Source: Prevotella sp.
Lineage (GTDB): Bacteria; Bacteroidota; Bacteroidia; Bacteroidales; Dysgonomonadaceae
DNA: 59,912 nt
NCBI GenBank assembly: GCA_031285625.1
Contig: JAITVV010000060.1
Location: 1-59,912 of the forward strand
Direction of reading: 5' to 3'
In this document: positions 8,736 through 18,973 of the stretch, piece by piece
Layout: each line of letters opens with the position of its first letter
Numbering within the stretch: the first letter of the stretch is position 1
Translations under genes and position numbers: made by a program
Notes under the pieces: model-generated
Told to the model about the DNA's origin: nothing
The model's input: the letters and a program-made list of their open reading frames with translations, nothing else
Databases searched by the model: none

Positions 8736-10223
8736 ATGGATTCAAATCAAAATACATTTATACCTCCGATGGATTGCCAGGGAACCTGCAAAACTCCAAT
8801 CGGATGCACTTGTGCAAAAGCAAACAAGCAAGCCATAGAAATAGCAACAACAGATACTGCAACACCCACCAAAACATGTGGATGCGGTTCAGGAGGAAGT
8901 TGTTCATGCAAATCCGGCGGAGGATGCTCTACCAAATCTGGTGGATGCTGTTCAAAAGGTGGAGGATGCTGTAGCGGAACACATAAACTGGAAGTTTATA
9001 ATTGGCTCGAAGACCTACCTGAAATACTGGGTGAATCTCAGATGGTAGAAGTACAGTTTAAAAACACAAGGAAAGGATATTATTTAAACAGCAATAATAT
9101 TGAACTATTCAAAGGCGATATAGTTGCGGTAGAAGCCTCTCCCGGGCACGATATAGGAGAAGTAACCCTTACCGGTAAACTTGTACAGTTGCAAATGCTG
9201 AAGAATAATTACAGGGGAGAGACCAAACGCATTTATCGCATAGCCAAACAAAACGATATAGAAAAATGGGAAGAAGCTAAAAAGAAAGAACATAAAACAA
9301 TGCTTCGCTCCCGGGAAATAGCAGAAGAACTGAATCTGGCAATGAAGATCAGTGATGTGGAATATCAGGGGGATGGTAACAAAGCTATCTTTTATTATAT
9401 AGCTGATGAACGTGTCGACTTCCGCCAACTGATAAAAGTATATGCCTCCGAATTCCGTGTAAAGATAGAGATGAAACAGATCGGAGCACGTCAGGAAGCA
9501 GGACGCGTAGGAGGAATAGGGCCTTGCGGAAGAGAGCTTTGTTGTTCCAGCTCCATGTCTAATTTTATCTCTGTATCTACTTCGGCAGCCAGATTACAGG
9601 ATATCCCGTTGAATCCTCAAAAACTGGCAGGACAGTGCGGAAAACTGAAATGTTGCCTCAACTTTGAAGTAGACACATATGTAGAAGCACAAAGAACATT
9701 ACCATCCAGAGAGGTTATGCTGGAGACTAAAGACTCTTCTTACTATCACTTTAAGACAGATATCTTGTCCGGAACAATGACCTACTCTACCGATAAATAT
9801 TTTGCAGCTAACCTCATCTCCTTACCTAAAGACCGCGTGTATGAGATTATGCGAATGAATAAACGGGGAGAGAAACCGACTCATCTGACTATAGATAATC
9901 AGGAACAGAATGAAAAAACAACCTCACACGACATTCTGCAAGAAAATATAAACCGCTTCGATAATAACGGAAATAATAACCGCAATAACAAAAAGAAGAA
10001 GTTTGTAAAGAATAAAGGGGAAAATAATCAGAATCAAAACGGGAACAATCAAGGAAACGGTAAACAAGTTACTCTTGCTGCAAACAAGCCTCAACAACAG
10101 GCTGCCGGAAATAATCAGCAAAACCAGAATCCGAATCCAAATAAGAACAATAATAAAAACAGAAATAACAGAAACAGACCAAATAGGAATGGAAAGCCTG
10201 ATCAGAAAAAGCCTGATGCATAA
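8736..10223 (+). CDS. ricT: PSP1/YaaT family protein (RicT-like) with Cys-rich N-terminus and N/Q-rich C-terminus
   Basis: VDFRQLIK, GGIGPCGRELCC and KLAGQCGKLKCCL motifs; follows holB. Confidence 0.88.
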   Translation: MDSNQNTFIPPMDCQGTCKTPIGCTCAKANKQAIEIATTDTATPTKTCGCGSGGSCSCKSGGGCSTKSGGCCSKGGGCCSGTHKLEVYNWLEDLPEILGESQMVEVQFKNTRKGYYLNSNNIELFKGDIVAVEASPGHDIGEVTLTGKLVQLQMLKNNYRGETKRIYRIAKQNDIEKWEEAKKKEHKTMLRSREIAEELNLAMKISDVEYQGDGNKAIFYYIADERVDFRQLIKVYASEFRVKIEMKQIGARQEAGRVGGIGPCGRELCCSSSMSNFISVSTSAARLQDIPLNPQKLAGQCGKLKCCLNFEVDTYVEAQRTLPSREVMLETKDSSYYHFKTDILSGTMTYSTDKYFAANLISLPKDRVYEIMRMNKRGEKPTHLTIDNQEQNEKTTSHDILQENINRFDNNGNNNRNNKKKKFVKNKGENNQNQNGNNQGNGKQVTLAANKPQQQAAGNNQQNQNPNPNKNNNKNRNNRNRPNRNGKPDQKKPDA

Positions 10224-10692
10224 GGCACTCTTTGTTTTATGTAGTGTGCTGTTAATCCTTTTAAATATCTCCTGTGAAAAGCAGGAGATATACTATCATT
10301 TCAATGAACTTAAAAACGCTGAATGGCAACAAAAAGACACGCTCATATTTGATATAGATTCAACATTATTTGAATTAAACAAACCTTACAATTTATCCAT
10401 AGAAGTATCAAATAATGTAAATTATCCGTACCAGAATATATGGTTCTTTATGCAGTCGAATATAGATGCAGACTCAACATATACAGATACTTCAAAAGAA
10501 TTTCAACTGGCCGATGAGTTTGGCAAATGGAATGGCTCCGGATTTGGCTCCATATACCAGTCTTCCTTGTCATTCGGGAAGATTACTTTTAAAGAAAGAC
10601 GTAACCACCGCATCAAATTGGAGCATGGCATGAGAGATGAGCCGTTAAAAGGTATTGAAAAAGTAGGTGTCAGGATCTCTTTAACAGAATAG
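10189..10692 (+). CDS. gldH: GldH-family lipoprotein
   Basis: Lipobox LNISC, YPYQNIW, LADEFGKWNGSG, HGMRDEPLKGI.VGV. Alternative start at 10216. Confidence 0.85.
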   Translation: MESLIRKSLMHKALFVLCSVLLILLNISCEKQEIYYHFNELKNAEWQQKDTLIFDIDSTLFELNKPYNLSIEVSNNVNYPYQNIWFFMQSNIDADSTYTDTSKEFQLADEFGKWNGSGFGSIYQSSLSFGKITFKERRNHRIKLEHGMRDEPLKGIEKVGVRISLTE

Positions 10693-11292
10693 TCAAAAAT
10701 CCAGTTTTAATTGTCTCTCTGTCAGGTTAAAAGTCAATCTGTGATAAGGAGTTACACCATAGTCTTTTATTGCTGTACGATGTTTCTTTGTAGGATAACC
10801 CTTATTATGATCCCAGTCGTAAAGCGGATATTCTTCGTGTAGCTTTAGCATATAATCATCTCGGTATGTCTTCGCCAAAACAGATGCCGCCGCAATGGGT
10901 AATAGCTTACCATCCCCTTTGACAACACAAGTGTGTGGTATATCTTCATACTTCTTAAAACGATTGCCGTCTATCAGTAAGTGCTGAGGGCGTATCTTTA
11001 AAGCAGCCACAGCCCGTTGCATAGCCAGAAAAGAAGCATTGAGTATATTTACCTTATCTATCTCCTTATGATCTACAATACCTACTGCCCAGGCCACAGC
11101 CTTTTCTTCTATTATAGGACGCAGCAGATATCTTTCTTTCTCAGTTAATTGTTTCGAGTCGTTCAGTTCTTCACATTCAAAGTCCTTAGGCAATACAACA
11201 GCAGCAGCAAATACAGGACCAGCCAGACATCCTCTGCCGGCTTCATCGCAACCGGCTTCTATCAGCTCAGGGTATAAACAAAGTTCTAGCAT
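10693..11292 (-). CDS. rnhB: Ribonuclease HII
   Basis: [24 protein letters not shown] and AAASVLAK motifs. Confidence 0.96.
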   Translation of the reverse strand: MLELCLYPELIEAGCDEAGRGCLAGPVFAAAVVLPKDFECEELNDSKQLTEKERYLLRPIIEEKAVAWAVGIVDHKEIDKVNILNASFLAMQRAVAALKIRPQHLLIDGNRFKKYEDIPHTCVVKGDGKLLPIAAASVLAKTYRDDYMLKLHEEYPLYDWDHNKGYPTKKHRTAIKDYGVTPYHRLTFNLTERQLKLDF

Positions 11293-12536
11293 CACTTAAA
11301 TTTAATATACAGATTATTATCAGCCGGATAGAAATCCAGTTCAATATCATTTAAATCCATAGGGCTATCCATCGATCTGGATAATTTCTCTATCGAGGCT
11401 TTTAGCTTATCATCAGCCTTCTCGTCCCCATAGGCATGCATTATAAATATTTGCCCCAATACATCGGCAAATTGCATAAGAGTTTCATTTGGCATATCAT
11501 ATCCCAATCCTTTCAGCTTTCCAACTGCCAACCGGGTAGACAATTCAAGCATCCGTTGCTTATCTTCTTCGGCCAAATTTGGTTTTGCAGGCACAGCTAC
11601 CACATTTTTCGTTTCTATACTCATTCCTTCCTTATCCACTTTTACAAAACGGTAAGAGAATGGGTAAGCCGATAATGTTCCGGTTTCTATATCATATATT
11701 ATGTTGCCGTTCTCTGATGTAAAAGCAGTTATATCATTTGAATGAAAGTGCCCGGTAAAAACAGATTTCATGCCTTTATCCGCAAACAGATTTGCAAGCC
11801 TCTTCCACTCATCTACCAGATAATTCTTAAAAATGACCGACTGATACATTATATGCTCTGTTAATCCCCAATGCATCATACCTATTACTTGTTTATTCTG
11901 CTTCTTTGCCTCATCTAAAACATCAACAATCCACTTTTCAGTTTCGGGTAATATCCTTCCTGCGGTTATACTGCCAGTTGTATATTCTTTATAACGTGCA
12001 GCATCTATTGCCAACAGCCATGTATCGTTATTCAATTCAGCCAGATAACTTAGTGATCCTGTGTCTCGCCTCAAAGCAGTTCCATAACCGCACTCTTTGT
12101 ACAAAGAAGTAAATTCATCAGGTGATATATTAGCTACAGGTAACTTCCTATCCTTTTTAAATTCAACTGCATTAGGCATATTTATATCATGATTCCCGGG
12201 AATGACATATACCTTTACTCCCTTATTTTGCAAAGATCTCAGTTTTTCCACAAAGTCCAGATGGCTTTGTTTCTCTCCATCCTTTGTAATATCCCCGCAG
12301 ACCAAAAGAATTTGTATCTCACTTTCCAGATAATCTTCCAGCACCTGATCAAGAACGGCAGGAGTATACTTTACATTTTTGCCACTTGTAAGTATATATT
12401 CATTCAGTGCAGACCCATCGTCCATCAATTTTTCAGACAGGTAGTGTGTATCTGTAATTACGCCTATTCTTAAAGGCTCATTTGCAAAAAGACAAGTCGA
12501 AATGAAAAAGAGTATGTTAAGTAATATGTATTTCAC
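11292..12536 (-). CDS. Secreted calcineurin-like metallophosphoesterase
   Basis: DTH, GDITKDG, PGNHD and GHFH motifs; signal peptide. Confidence 0.88.
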   Translation of the reverse strand: MKYILLNILFFISTCLFANEPLRIGVITDTHYLSEKLMDDGSALNEYILTSGKNVKYTPAVLDQVLEDYLESEIQILLVCGDITKDGEKQSHLDFVEKLRSLQNKGVKVYVIPGNHDINMPNAVEFKKDRKLPVANISPDEFTSLYKECGYGTALRRDTGSLSYLAELNNDTWLLAIDAARYKEYTTGSITAGRILPETEKWIVDVLDEAKKQNKQVIGMMHWGLTEHIMYQSVIFKNYLVDEWKRLANLFADKGMKSVFTGHFHSNDITAFTSENGNIIYDIETGTLSAYPFSYRFVKVDKEGMSIETKNVVAVPAKPNLAEEDKQRMLELSTRLAVGKLKGLGYDMPNETLMQFADVLGQIFIMHAYGDEKADDKLKASIEKLSRSMDSPMDLNDIELDFYPADNNLYIKFK

Positions 12537-12624
12537 TATTTTTTCTTTTTGTTATCAACAAAAGTAAAGTATTTATTCTAGTTATTATTTCTATTTTTGC
12601 AGATACATATTAAATAATGTTACA

Positions 12625-14175
12625 ATGAAGAGGAACAAAGCCCATCTTTTATTTATAATTACAACTTTTATAATTCTTCTCTCATCCTGTGGTTCACAGA
12701 AACAGCGCGTCACTTTTTCCGATATAGCCCATCCCAAAAGGGAGTTTCGCGGAGCGTGGCTGAGTACTGCATGGCAATCAAGATATAAGACCATGAATTC
12801 ATCCCAGATGAAGTCATATTTTGTTAATATACTCGATCAGATGCAGGCTGACGGTATTAATGCTGTTATCTTTCAGGCACGGCCTTACGCAGATGCCTTC
12901 TACAAATCGGAACTCGAGCCTTGGAGCGCGTTCCTGACAGGGACACAGGGAAAAGCCCCGGACAACAGATTCGATCCCTTAGCATTTCTGGTTGAGGAAT
13001 GTCATAAAAGGAATATGGAACTACATGCATGGCTCAATCCTTACCGTGTATCGGCAAGTGCCAGTGATATATTTGCCCAAAACCACATCTATAGGAGATA
13101 TCCCGAACGTTTTTTAAAATATGATGGGAAAGTATATTTTGATCCCGGTATTCCTGCAAACAGACGATTTATCTGTGATGTAGTGAAAGATATAATTATA
13201 CGCTACAATGTAGATGCTATTCACATGGATGACTATTTCTACCCTTACCCTGTAGCGGGACAAGCGTTTCCTGATGACAGAAGCTTTAATACTTATGCAC
13301 AGCAACAGGGATTCTCACAAAATCAACGCGCCGACTGGCGCCGCAACAATGTAAACATGCTGATACAGGATATCAAGCATACTATATCGACAACTAAACC
13401 ATGGGTAAGATTCGGAATCAGCCCTTTTGGCATCTATCGTAACAAAAGAAGTACTCCTGATGGCTCGGGTAGTGAAACAAACGGATTACAGAACTATGAT
13501 GACCTGTATGCAGATGTAAAACTATGGGTAAAAAAAGGATGGATAGATTATAATATGCCACAGATATATTGGGAGATCGGGCATAAAGCAGCAGACTATA
13601 AAACACTGATAGAATGGTGGGCTAATAATAATTTTGAACAACCATTATATATTGGCCAGGATATAAAGCGAACAATGGATGCTACAACAAAACCATCCGG
13701 TGATAATCAGTTATCTGATAAAATGTTATTATCCCGGAGTTTTAATACTGTTCATGGAAACTGTTTCTGGCCGGCTTATGAACTTCTGGATAACTATAAA
13801 GGGATAGCTAATCGTCTGCAAACAAATTACCATAAATATCCTGCTCTGATCCCTGCATACACACATATGCATAAGAAAAGCCCGAAGAAAATTGATAACT
13901 TGCAGGAATCGTATACCTCTACTACCCATACATTACGCTGGGATAGTAAGTCTGATAAATATGATCCTGAAACTGCCCAGTATTATGTAGTGTACCGCTT
14001 TGCAAAAGGAGAAAAGGAAAATCTGGATAATGCCCAGAATATTGTTTCTATAACCAGAGAAAAAAGTATTAACCTACCTTATGAAGGCGGAGTAAAAGAG
14101 TATAAATATGTAGTTACAGCAGTAGATGCTTTCCATAATGAATCGAAAGGAAAATCGAAGAAAATAAAGTTATGA
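12625..14175 (+). CDS. Glycoside hydrolase-like family 10 (DUF187/YddW-like) lipoprotein
   Basis: Lipobox LLSSC; REFRGAW, HAWLNPYR, HMDDYFYPYP and GISPFGI motifs; FN3-like C-terminus. Confidence 0.88.
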   Translation: MKRNKAHLLFIITTFIILLSSCGSQKQRVTFSDIAHPKREFRGAWLSTAWQSRYKTMNSSQMKSYFVNILDQMQADGINAVIFQARPYADAFYKSELEPWSAFLTGTQGKAPDNRFDPLAFLVEECHKRNMELHAWLNPYRVSASASDIFAQNHIYRRYPERFLKYDGKVYFDPGIPANRRFICDVVKDIIIRYNVDAIHMDDYFYPYPVAGQAFPDDRSFNTYAQQQGFSQNQRADWRRNNVNMLIQDIKHTISTTKPWVRFGISPFGIYRNKRSTPDGSGSETNGLQNYDDLYADVKLWVKKGWIDYNMPQIYWEIGHKAADYKTLIEWWANNNFEQPLYIGQDIKRTMDATTKPSGDNQLSDKMLLSRSFNTVHGNCFWPAYELLDNYKGIANRLQTNYHKYPALIPAYTHMHKKSPKKIDNLQESYTSTTHTLRWDSKSDKYDPETAQYYVVYRFAKGEKENLDNAQNIVSITREKSINLPYEGGVKEYKYVVTAVDAFHNESKGKSKKIKL

Positions 14176-14224
14176 GAGGTAAAAATATTTATCTATTGTA
14201 GAGACAGTAAGTTGTAAGCATGAT

Positions 14225-14275
14225 AAAAGGTAACACAAAAAATGAATAGAAAAGCTGTCACCTTTGTCACTTTTT
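14225..14275 (+). repeat. Dispersed 9-mer element, copy A
   Basis: AAAAGGTAACA-N20-TGTCACCTT-TGTCACTTT-TT. Confidence 0.8.
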
Positions 14276-14294
14276 AGTTAAAATCGTATTTAGA

Positions 14295-14825
14295 ATGATT
14301 GTACCGGAATATATAAAACCATTGTTATCTGATATTCATACCGAACAGGAATGTCTGACTAAAGCAATATTGAATATAGGTGACTCCAACCGTTTTCATG
14401 TATTGCATAATGGTGTTGTGGAGCCCATTCTGGACGATCTTTATATTTGCCCTGAAGATAATGATTACCTGAGGGTACTTTTACAACCTGTAGATAATGA
14501 CTCTCTATATGAGGTTTATGATGGTAGGCTTTATGGATATGATAATATGTTCTGTGACGAATATCCTGAGTCACAGCTTCCTCTAAAACAACTGGAACTG
14601 AATGGTTCTACTGTGTTTTCGGGGGATATAACACTCGGATACAATATCGACTATGAGGATGAGAAGGATTATTTTCCTATTGATGAGAACGGTATGGTTG
14701 AGGTGATGAACCGGACTGAGAAAATTTCATGGGAGCAAGTAAAGGAAGAAGGTTATGACTATATTCATATCTCCTTTGTAAATGAAAAAGGAGATTCTGT
14801 ATTTGTAGATTTTGAACTGGCTTAG
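14295..14825 (+). CDS. Hypothetical acidic protein (possibly immunity-like)
   Basis: 176-aa ORF, very acidic, no recognised catalytic motif. Confidence 0.65.
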   Translation: MIVPEYIKPLLSDIHTEQECLTKAILNIGDSNRFHVLHNGVVEPILDDLYICPEDNDYLRVLLQPVDNDSLYEVYDGRLYGYDNMFCDEYPESQLPLKQLELNGSTVFSGDITLGYNIDYEDEKDYFPIDENGMVEVMNRTEKISWEQVKEEGYDYIHISFVNEKGDSVFVDFELA

Positions 14826-14855
14826 AAAATATATACATCAAATAAAATAGAGACA

Positions 14856-15560
14856 ATGAAAAATATAATCTTAACACTTCTGTTTATCGGACTGTTCGTT
14901 AGTTGTACCGAAAAAAAATCACCCATAATTCATGATGACGAACAAGCAAATAACCTGACAATGGATAGCCTGTTGGAAGATACAACGAAAGTCCTGAATG
15001 TAGATTTACCTACATTAATTGACTCAGTCAATCAGATTTTAGTTCATGAAATACGTATTTCAAGCGGAAAAGGGCGCGACTTGTCTTTCTCTTCGAAGAA
15101 ATCAGGAGACTATTACGGGGTAGGATCAGGTTTAATAAATTTAATTTTTGAAGACGTAAAAAATAATAAGTCATATCTACTCACGAATAATCAGCTGCAG
15201 ATATCATCATATGAAGTATGCAGCCGTTTAAAAGTAAAAATTGGAAAAGCTTACATTCTATTTCGTGTAATTGATAAGGATTACAATAATGATGGCGTTT
15301 TGGATGGTAGAGATACACAAGGCTTATATATAAGCAATCTTGACGGAACATCTTTCTCTAAGATAACAAAAGATAACGAGATGCTAAGAAATGGAGAATG
15401 GATGTATCCGTTAAACCGATATTATTTCAGGACTACCGAAGACTCTGATAAAAACGGATATTTTGACTTTAAAGACAAGATACATTATTACTATATACAA
15501 TTTGAAGAACAAGGCTATCAAGTGATGGAATATAATCCATTGGAAATGCTTAATAAATAA
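14856..15560 (+). CDS. Hypothetical lipoprotein with EF-hand-like loops
   Basis: Lipobox FVSC; DKDYNNDGVLD and EDSDKNGYFD loops. Confidence 0.75.
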   Translation: MKNIILTLLFIGLFVSCTEKKSPIIHDDEQANNLTMDSLLEDTTKVLNVDLPTLIDSVNQILVHEIRISSGKGRDLSFSSKKSGDYYGVGSGLINLIFEDVKNNKSYLLTNNQLQISSYEVCSRLKVKIGKAYILFRVIDKDYNNDGVLDGRDTQGLYISNLDGTSFSKITKDNEMLRNGEWMYPLNRYYFRTTEDSDKNGYFDFKDKIHYYYIQFEEQGYQVMEYNPLEMLNK

Positions 15561-15566
15561 GAAAGA

Positions 15567-16721
15567 ATGGCAAGAGAATTTAAGATGATAGCCAAGACAA
15601 TGGCCGGGTTAGAAGATGTTTTGGCAGAAGAACTGATAGGTTTAGGCGCAAATAATCTGGAACTCGGGAAACGCATGGTTTCTTTTGAAGGGGATCTGTC
15701 ATTAATGTATAAGGCAAATATACATTGTCGTACAGCCCTACGGATACTTCGTCCTGTTTATGAATTCAGAGCTAAAACTACTGACGAAATATATAAAAAG
15801 GTAAAGGCCATGAACTGGTTTGAGCATCTGAACGAAAATAGTACATTCGCCATAGATGCAATTACTTTTTCCGATTATTTTACCCATTCCAAATTCGTAG
15901 CATACAGGGTAAAAGATGCTATAGCGGACTACTTTATGCAAAAGACAGAAAAGCGACCATCTGTAGACACACAGAATCCTGACTTACTGATCAATTTCCA
16001 TATTGCCCACGACAAGTGTACATTGTCATTCGACAGTTCCGGAGAATCGTTGCACAAAAGAGGATACCGCATTGCACAAACCGAGGCTCCCCTAAACGAA
16101 GTACTGGCTGCCGGAATGATATTGAAAACCGGCTGGCGTGGAGGGTCTGGCTTCGTAGACCCCATGTGTGGTTCAGGAACACTACTGATAGAAGCTGCAA
16201 TGATAGCAATGAATGTGCCTCCAGGAATTTACAGGCAGAACTTTGCATTTGAGAAATGGGAAAACTTCAATGCAGACCTATTTGAAACCATATATAATGA
16301 CGATAGCGGAGAGCGTGAATTTACTCATAAGATATATGGCTCGGATATCTCATCCGAGGCTATTGATATAGCGGCAAAAAATATAAAAAATGCAGGATTG
16401 GAGAAATGTATTAATCTGAAAGTGATGCCTTTTGAGAAATACACAGAAGCCCCTGCCGAAAAAGGTATATTAGTGACAAATCCTCCATACGGCGAACGTA
16501 TAAAACCAGAAGATTTGATGGGTCTATACGAAAGTATAGGAGAACGGCTGAAACATGTATTTATGGGGTATTCTGCATGGATATTAAGCTATAAAAAGGA
16601 GTGCTTCGACAAGATAGGATTGAAACCATCCAAGAAGATACAGTTAGTTAACGGATCGCTACAATGCGAATTCCGTAAATATGATATATTCGCGGGGAAG
16701 AAGTACCCTAAAGAAAAATAG
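15567..16721 (+). CDS. THUMP-domain RNA methyltransferase (RlmL-like)
   Basis: LHKRGYR, APLNEVLAAG, DPMCGSGT and NPPYGER motifs. Confidence 0.9.
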   Translation: MAREFKMIAKTMAGLEDVLAEELIGLGANNLELGKRMVSFEGDLSLMYKANIHCRTALRILRPVYEFRAKTTDEIYKKVKAMNWFEHLNENSTFAIDAITFSDYFTHSKFVAYRVKDAIADYFMQKTEKRPSVDTQNPDLLINFHIAHDKCTLSFDSSGESLHKRGYRIAQTEAPLNEVLAAGMILKTGWRGGSGFVDPMCGSGTLLIEAAMIAMNVPPGIYRQNFAFEKWENFNADLFETIYNDDSGEREFTHKIYGSDISSEAIDIAAKNIKNAGLEKCINLKVMPFEKYTEAPAEKGILVTNPPYGERIKPEDLMGLYESIGERLKHVFMGYSAWILSYKKECFDKIGLKPSKKIQLVNGSLQCEFRKYDIFAGKKYPKEK

Positions 16722-16831
16722 AGACTACTAGCTCATATACAAAAAACTCATACAGCATGAATTATAATTCATAACTAATTCCTTATATTTGCTGTCTGTT
16801 TTGATTATTAATTTATTCTATATCAATAAAA

Positions 16832-17839
16832 ATGAGAATTGCTATTGTTGGCACAAGTGGTGCTGTAGGTCAGGAATTTCTTAGAGTTCTTGATGAACGA
16901 AATTTTCCTATTGAGGAATTAGTGTTATTCGGGTCTGCCAGAAGTGCAGGCAACGTATATACATTTCGTGATAAACAGTATACAGTCAAGGAATTGAAGC
17001 ATAACGACGATTTTAAAGATATAGATATCGCTTTTGCTTCTGCTGGGGGAAGTGTATCTGTCGAATTTGCCGATACCATTACAAAACATGGTGCAATAAT
17101 GATAGATAACTCAAGTGCATTTCGTATGGACAAGGACGTTCCTCTTGTAGTACCAGAAGTAAATGGAGAAGATGCAAAAATACGTCCCAAAGGCATTATT
17201 GCCAATCCCAACTGCTCTACAATACAAATGGTGGTAGCAATGGACGTGATCGAAAAAATATCGCATATTAAACGTGCTCATGTAGCTACTTATCAAGCTG
17301 CATCAGGAGCAGGAGCTGCCGGTATGGACGAGTTGATCAACCAGTTTAAGCAAATAGCATATAATAATGATGTGACTGTAGAAAAATTTGCATACCAACT
17401 GGCATATAATGTCATACCTCAGATTGATGTTTTCACAGATAACGGATATACAAAAGAGGAGCTGAAAATGTATAACGAAACACGTAAAATTATGCACTCT
17501 GATATCCAGGTTAGTGCAACGTGTATACGTGTGCCCGTTCTACGTTCACACTCGGAGGCTATCTGGGTAGAAACAGAAAGGCCTGTATTACCTCAAGAAG
17601 CACGTGAAGCTTTTGCTAAAGCAGATGGAATCGTTCTACAGGACAATCCGGCTGAAAAAGATTATCCTATGCCTCTGTTTGTTGCCGGTCATGATCCGGT
17701 ATATGTAGGTCGTATACGCGAAGATATTGCCAATCCGAACGGACTGACATTCTGGGTAGTTGCAGACCAAATCAAGAAGGGCGCCGCCTTGAATGCCGTA
17801 CAGATAGCGGAATATTTGATCAAAGAAAAAGCTATTTAA
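16832..17839 (+). CDS. asd: Aspartate-semialdehyde dehydrogenase
   Basis: [24 protein letters not shown] and [12 protein letters not shown] motifs. Confidence 0.97.
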   Translation: MRIAIVGTSGAVGQEFLRVLDERNFPIEELVLFGSARSAGNVYTFRDKQYTVKELKHNDDFKDIDIAFASAGGSVSVEFADTITKHGAIMIDNSSAFRMDKDVPLVVPEVNGEDAKIRPKGIIANPNCSTIQMVVAMDVIEKISHIKRAHVATYQAASGAGAAGMDELINQFKQIAYNNDVTVEKFAYQLAYNVIPQIDVFTDNGYTKEELKMYNETRKIMHSDIQVSATCIRVPVLRSHSEAIWVETERPVLPQEAREAFAKADGIVLQDNPAEKDYPMPLFVAGHDPVYVGRIREDIANPNGLTFWVVADQIKKGAALNAVQIAEYLIKEKAI

Positions 17840-17850
17840 TAGAGAAACTG

Positions 17851-17881
17851 TTTGTATAATCAAAACAAACAATTATATTTG
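17851..17881 (+). promoter_or_regulatory. Bacteroidetes promoter for tRNA-Ser
   Basis: TTTG (-33), 19 nt spacer, TATATTTG (-7). Confidence 0.65.
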
Positions 17882-17919
17882 CATCGCAATTGGCAAAACA
17901 TAGCCTTTTTGCGATTTCA

Positions 17920-18006
17920 GGAGGGATGGGTGAGTGGCTGAAACCACCAGTTTGCTAAACTGACGTACGGGTAACTGTACCGGGGGTTCGAATCCCCCTC
18001 CCTCCG
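17920..18006 (+). tRNA. tRNA-Ser(GCT)
   Basis: Acceptor stem GGAGGGA/TCCCTCC, D-loop GAGTGG, anticodon loop TTGCTAA, long variable arm, T-loop GTTCGAATC; CCA not encoded. Confidence 0.96.
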
Positions 18007-18017
18007 CGGAATAGTTT

Positions 18018-18053
18018 AAACGTTGAAAATCAAAAGATTTTCAACGTTTTTTT
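18018..18053 (+). terminator. Intrinsic terminator after tRNA-Ser
   Basis: AAACGTTGAAAATC-aaaa-GATTTTCAACGTTT followed by a T-tract. Confidence 0.8.
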
Positions 18054-18165
18054 GTGTCCAGATATGATTTAGTATCTGTTGGAACATCCTAAATTAATGT
18101 TAAAATCCTGCATTTTTTTTTCATAATTTTATCTATATATAGCAAAAACAAACTAACAAACGATT

Positions 18166-18906
18166 ATGAAAAATTTATTTTTATTTACTTTTCTGATATT
18201 CTTTGCTTTTTCCTGTAACAGTGACATAGAGGATATAAGCTCTGATAATGAGAGTATTGCCAGAACTGTAAACTTTATTTACAAAGGTAAAAGTTATGCA
18301 TCTGGCTGTAAAGAAGTAGGTTCTGAATTGTTTTTTACCAATGAAGAAGTTGGGAAACTTTATTTGGAACTTAAAACATTACCGGAGCTTATAGAATTTG
18401 TTCATGAAAATGGAGATATTGAATATTTTGATAATGATACCCATTTGGCTGCATCTATGAAAGTTGATATTGACCAAACCAAAGATACTAAAAGCGCCTA
18501 TCTTATTCAAGGGCATATTGTATTAAGAGAACATACTCTTGCTGATGTAAATAAGGGTACTGAATATAGATACTCTTTTCAATCGACTGCTTCTGTAGGC
18601 TGGTTTGATGTATTGAAAATACAAGATTTCAGATATATGCCAAGGTCAACAACTTCCTCTGTTGCAAATTTCAATGATAAACTTACTGGTATATATGCTC
18701 AAAGAAGCGCCAAAGGTACGCTTCGCGTAAGGATTTATCAGCATATAAACTATAAAGGAAAATCTAGAATATTTGACACTAACGGGGCTGTTATTAGTGT
18801 AAATAATCTGAAATCTTATAACATGTCCGGAACATTATTCTGGAAAGAAAACTGGAATGATGAAGTATCTTCTATAATTGTAAGCTTGTGGCATTCTCAA
18901 TATTAA
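18166..18906 (+). CDS. Lipoprotein with beta/gamma-crystallin-like C-terminal domain
   Basis: Lipobox AFSC; Greek-key signatures NFNDKLTG, IYQHINYKG and NWNDEVSS. Confidence 0.7.
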   Translation: MKNLFLFTFLIFFAFSCNSDIEDISSDNESIARTVNFIYKGKSYASGCKEVGSELFFTNEEVGKLYLELKTLPELIEFVHENGDIEYFDNDTHLAASMKVDIDQTKDTKSAYLIQGHIVLREHTLADVNKGTEYRYSFQSTASVGWFDVLKIQDFRYMPRSTTSSVANFNDKLTGIYAQRSAKGTLRVRIYQHINYKGKSRIFDTNGAVISVNNLKSYNMSGTLFWKENWNDEVSSIIVSLWHSQY

Positions 18907-18922
18907 TAAAATCATCCGAAAG

Positions 18923-18951
18923 AAAAAGGGGAAACTAAGTTTCCCCTTTTT
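18923..18951. terminator. Bidirectional terminator
   Basis: AAAAAGGGGAAACT-a-AGTTTCCCCTTTTT between convergent genes. Confidence 0.8.
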
Positions 18952-18973
18952 ATCCTATAATTATAGATATCGG

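Noticed and set aside
10189-10692. gldH and the T9SS-domain gene as evidence of gliding motility
   Set aside because: GldH and type B sorting domains occur in non-motile Bacteroidales; no motor genes are in the window.
14196-14205. TTGTAGAGAC as a second GTAG REP copy
   Set aside because: It matches only the first 10 nt of the copy at 425-434 and has no palindromic stem.
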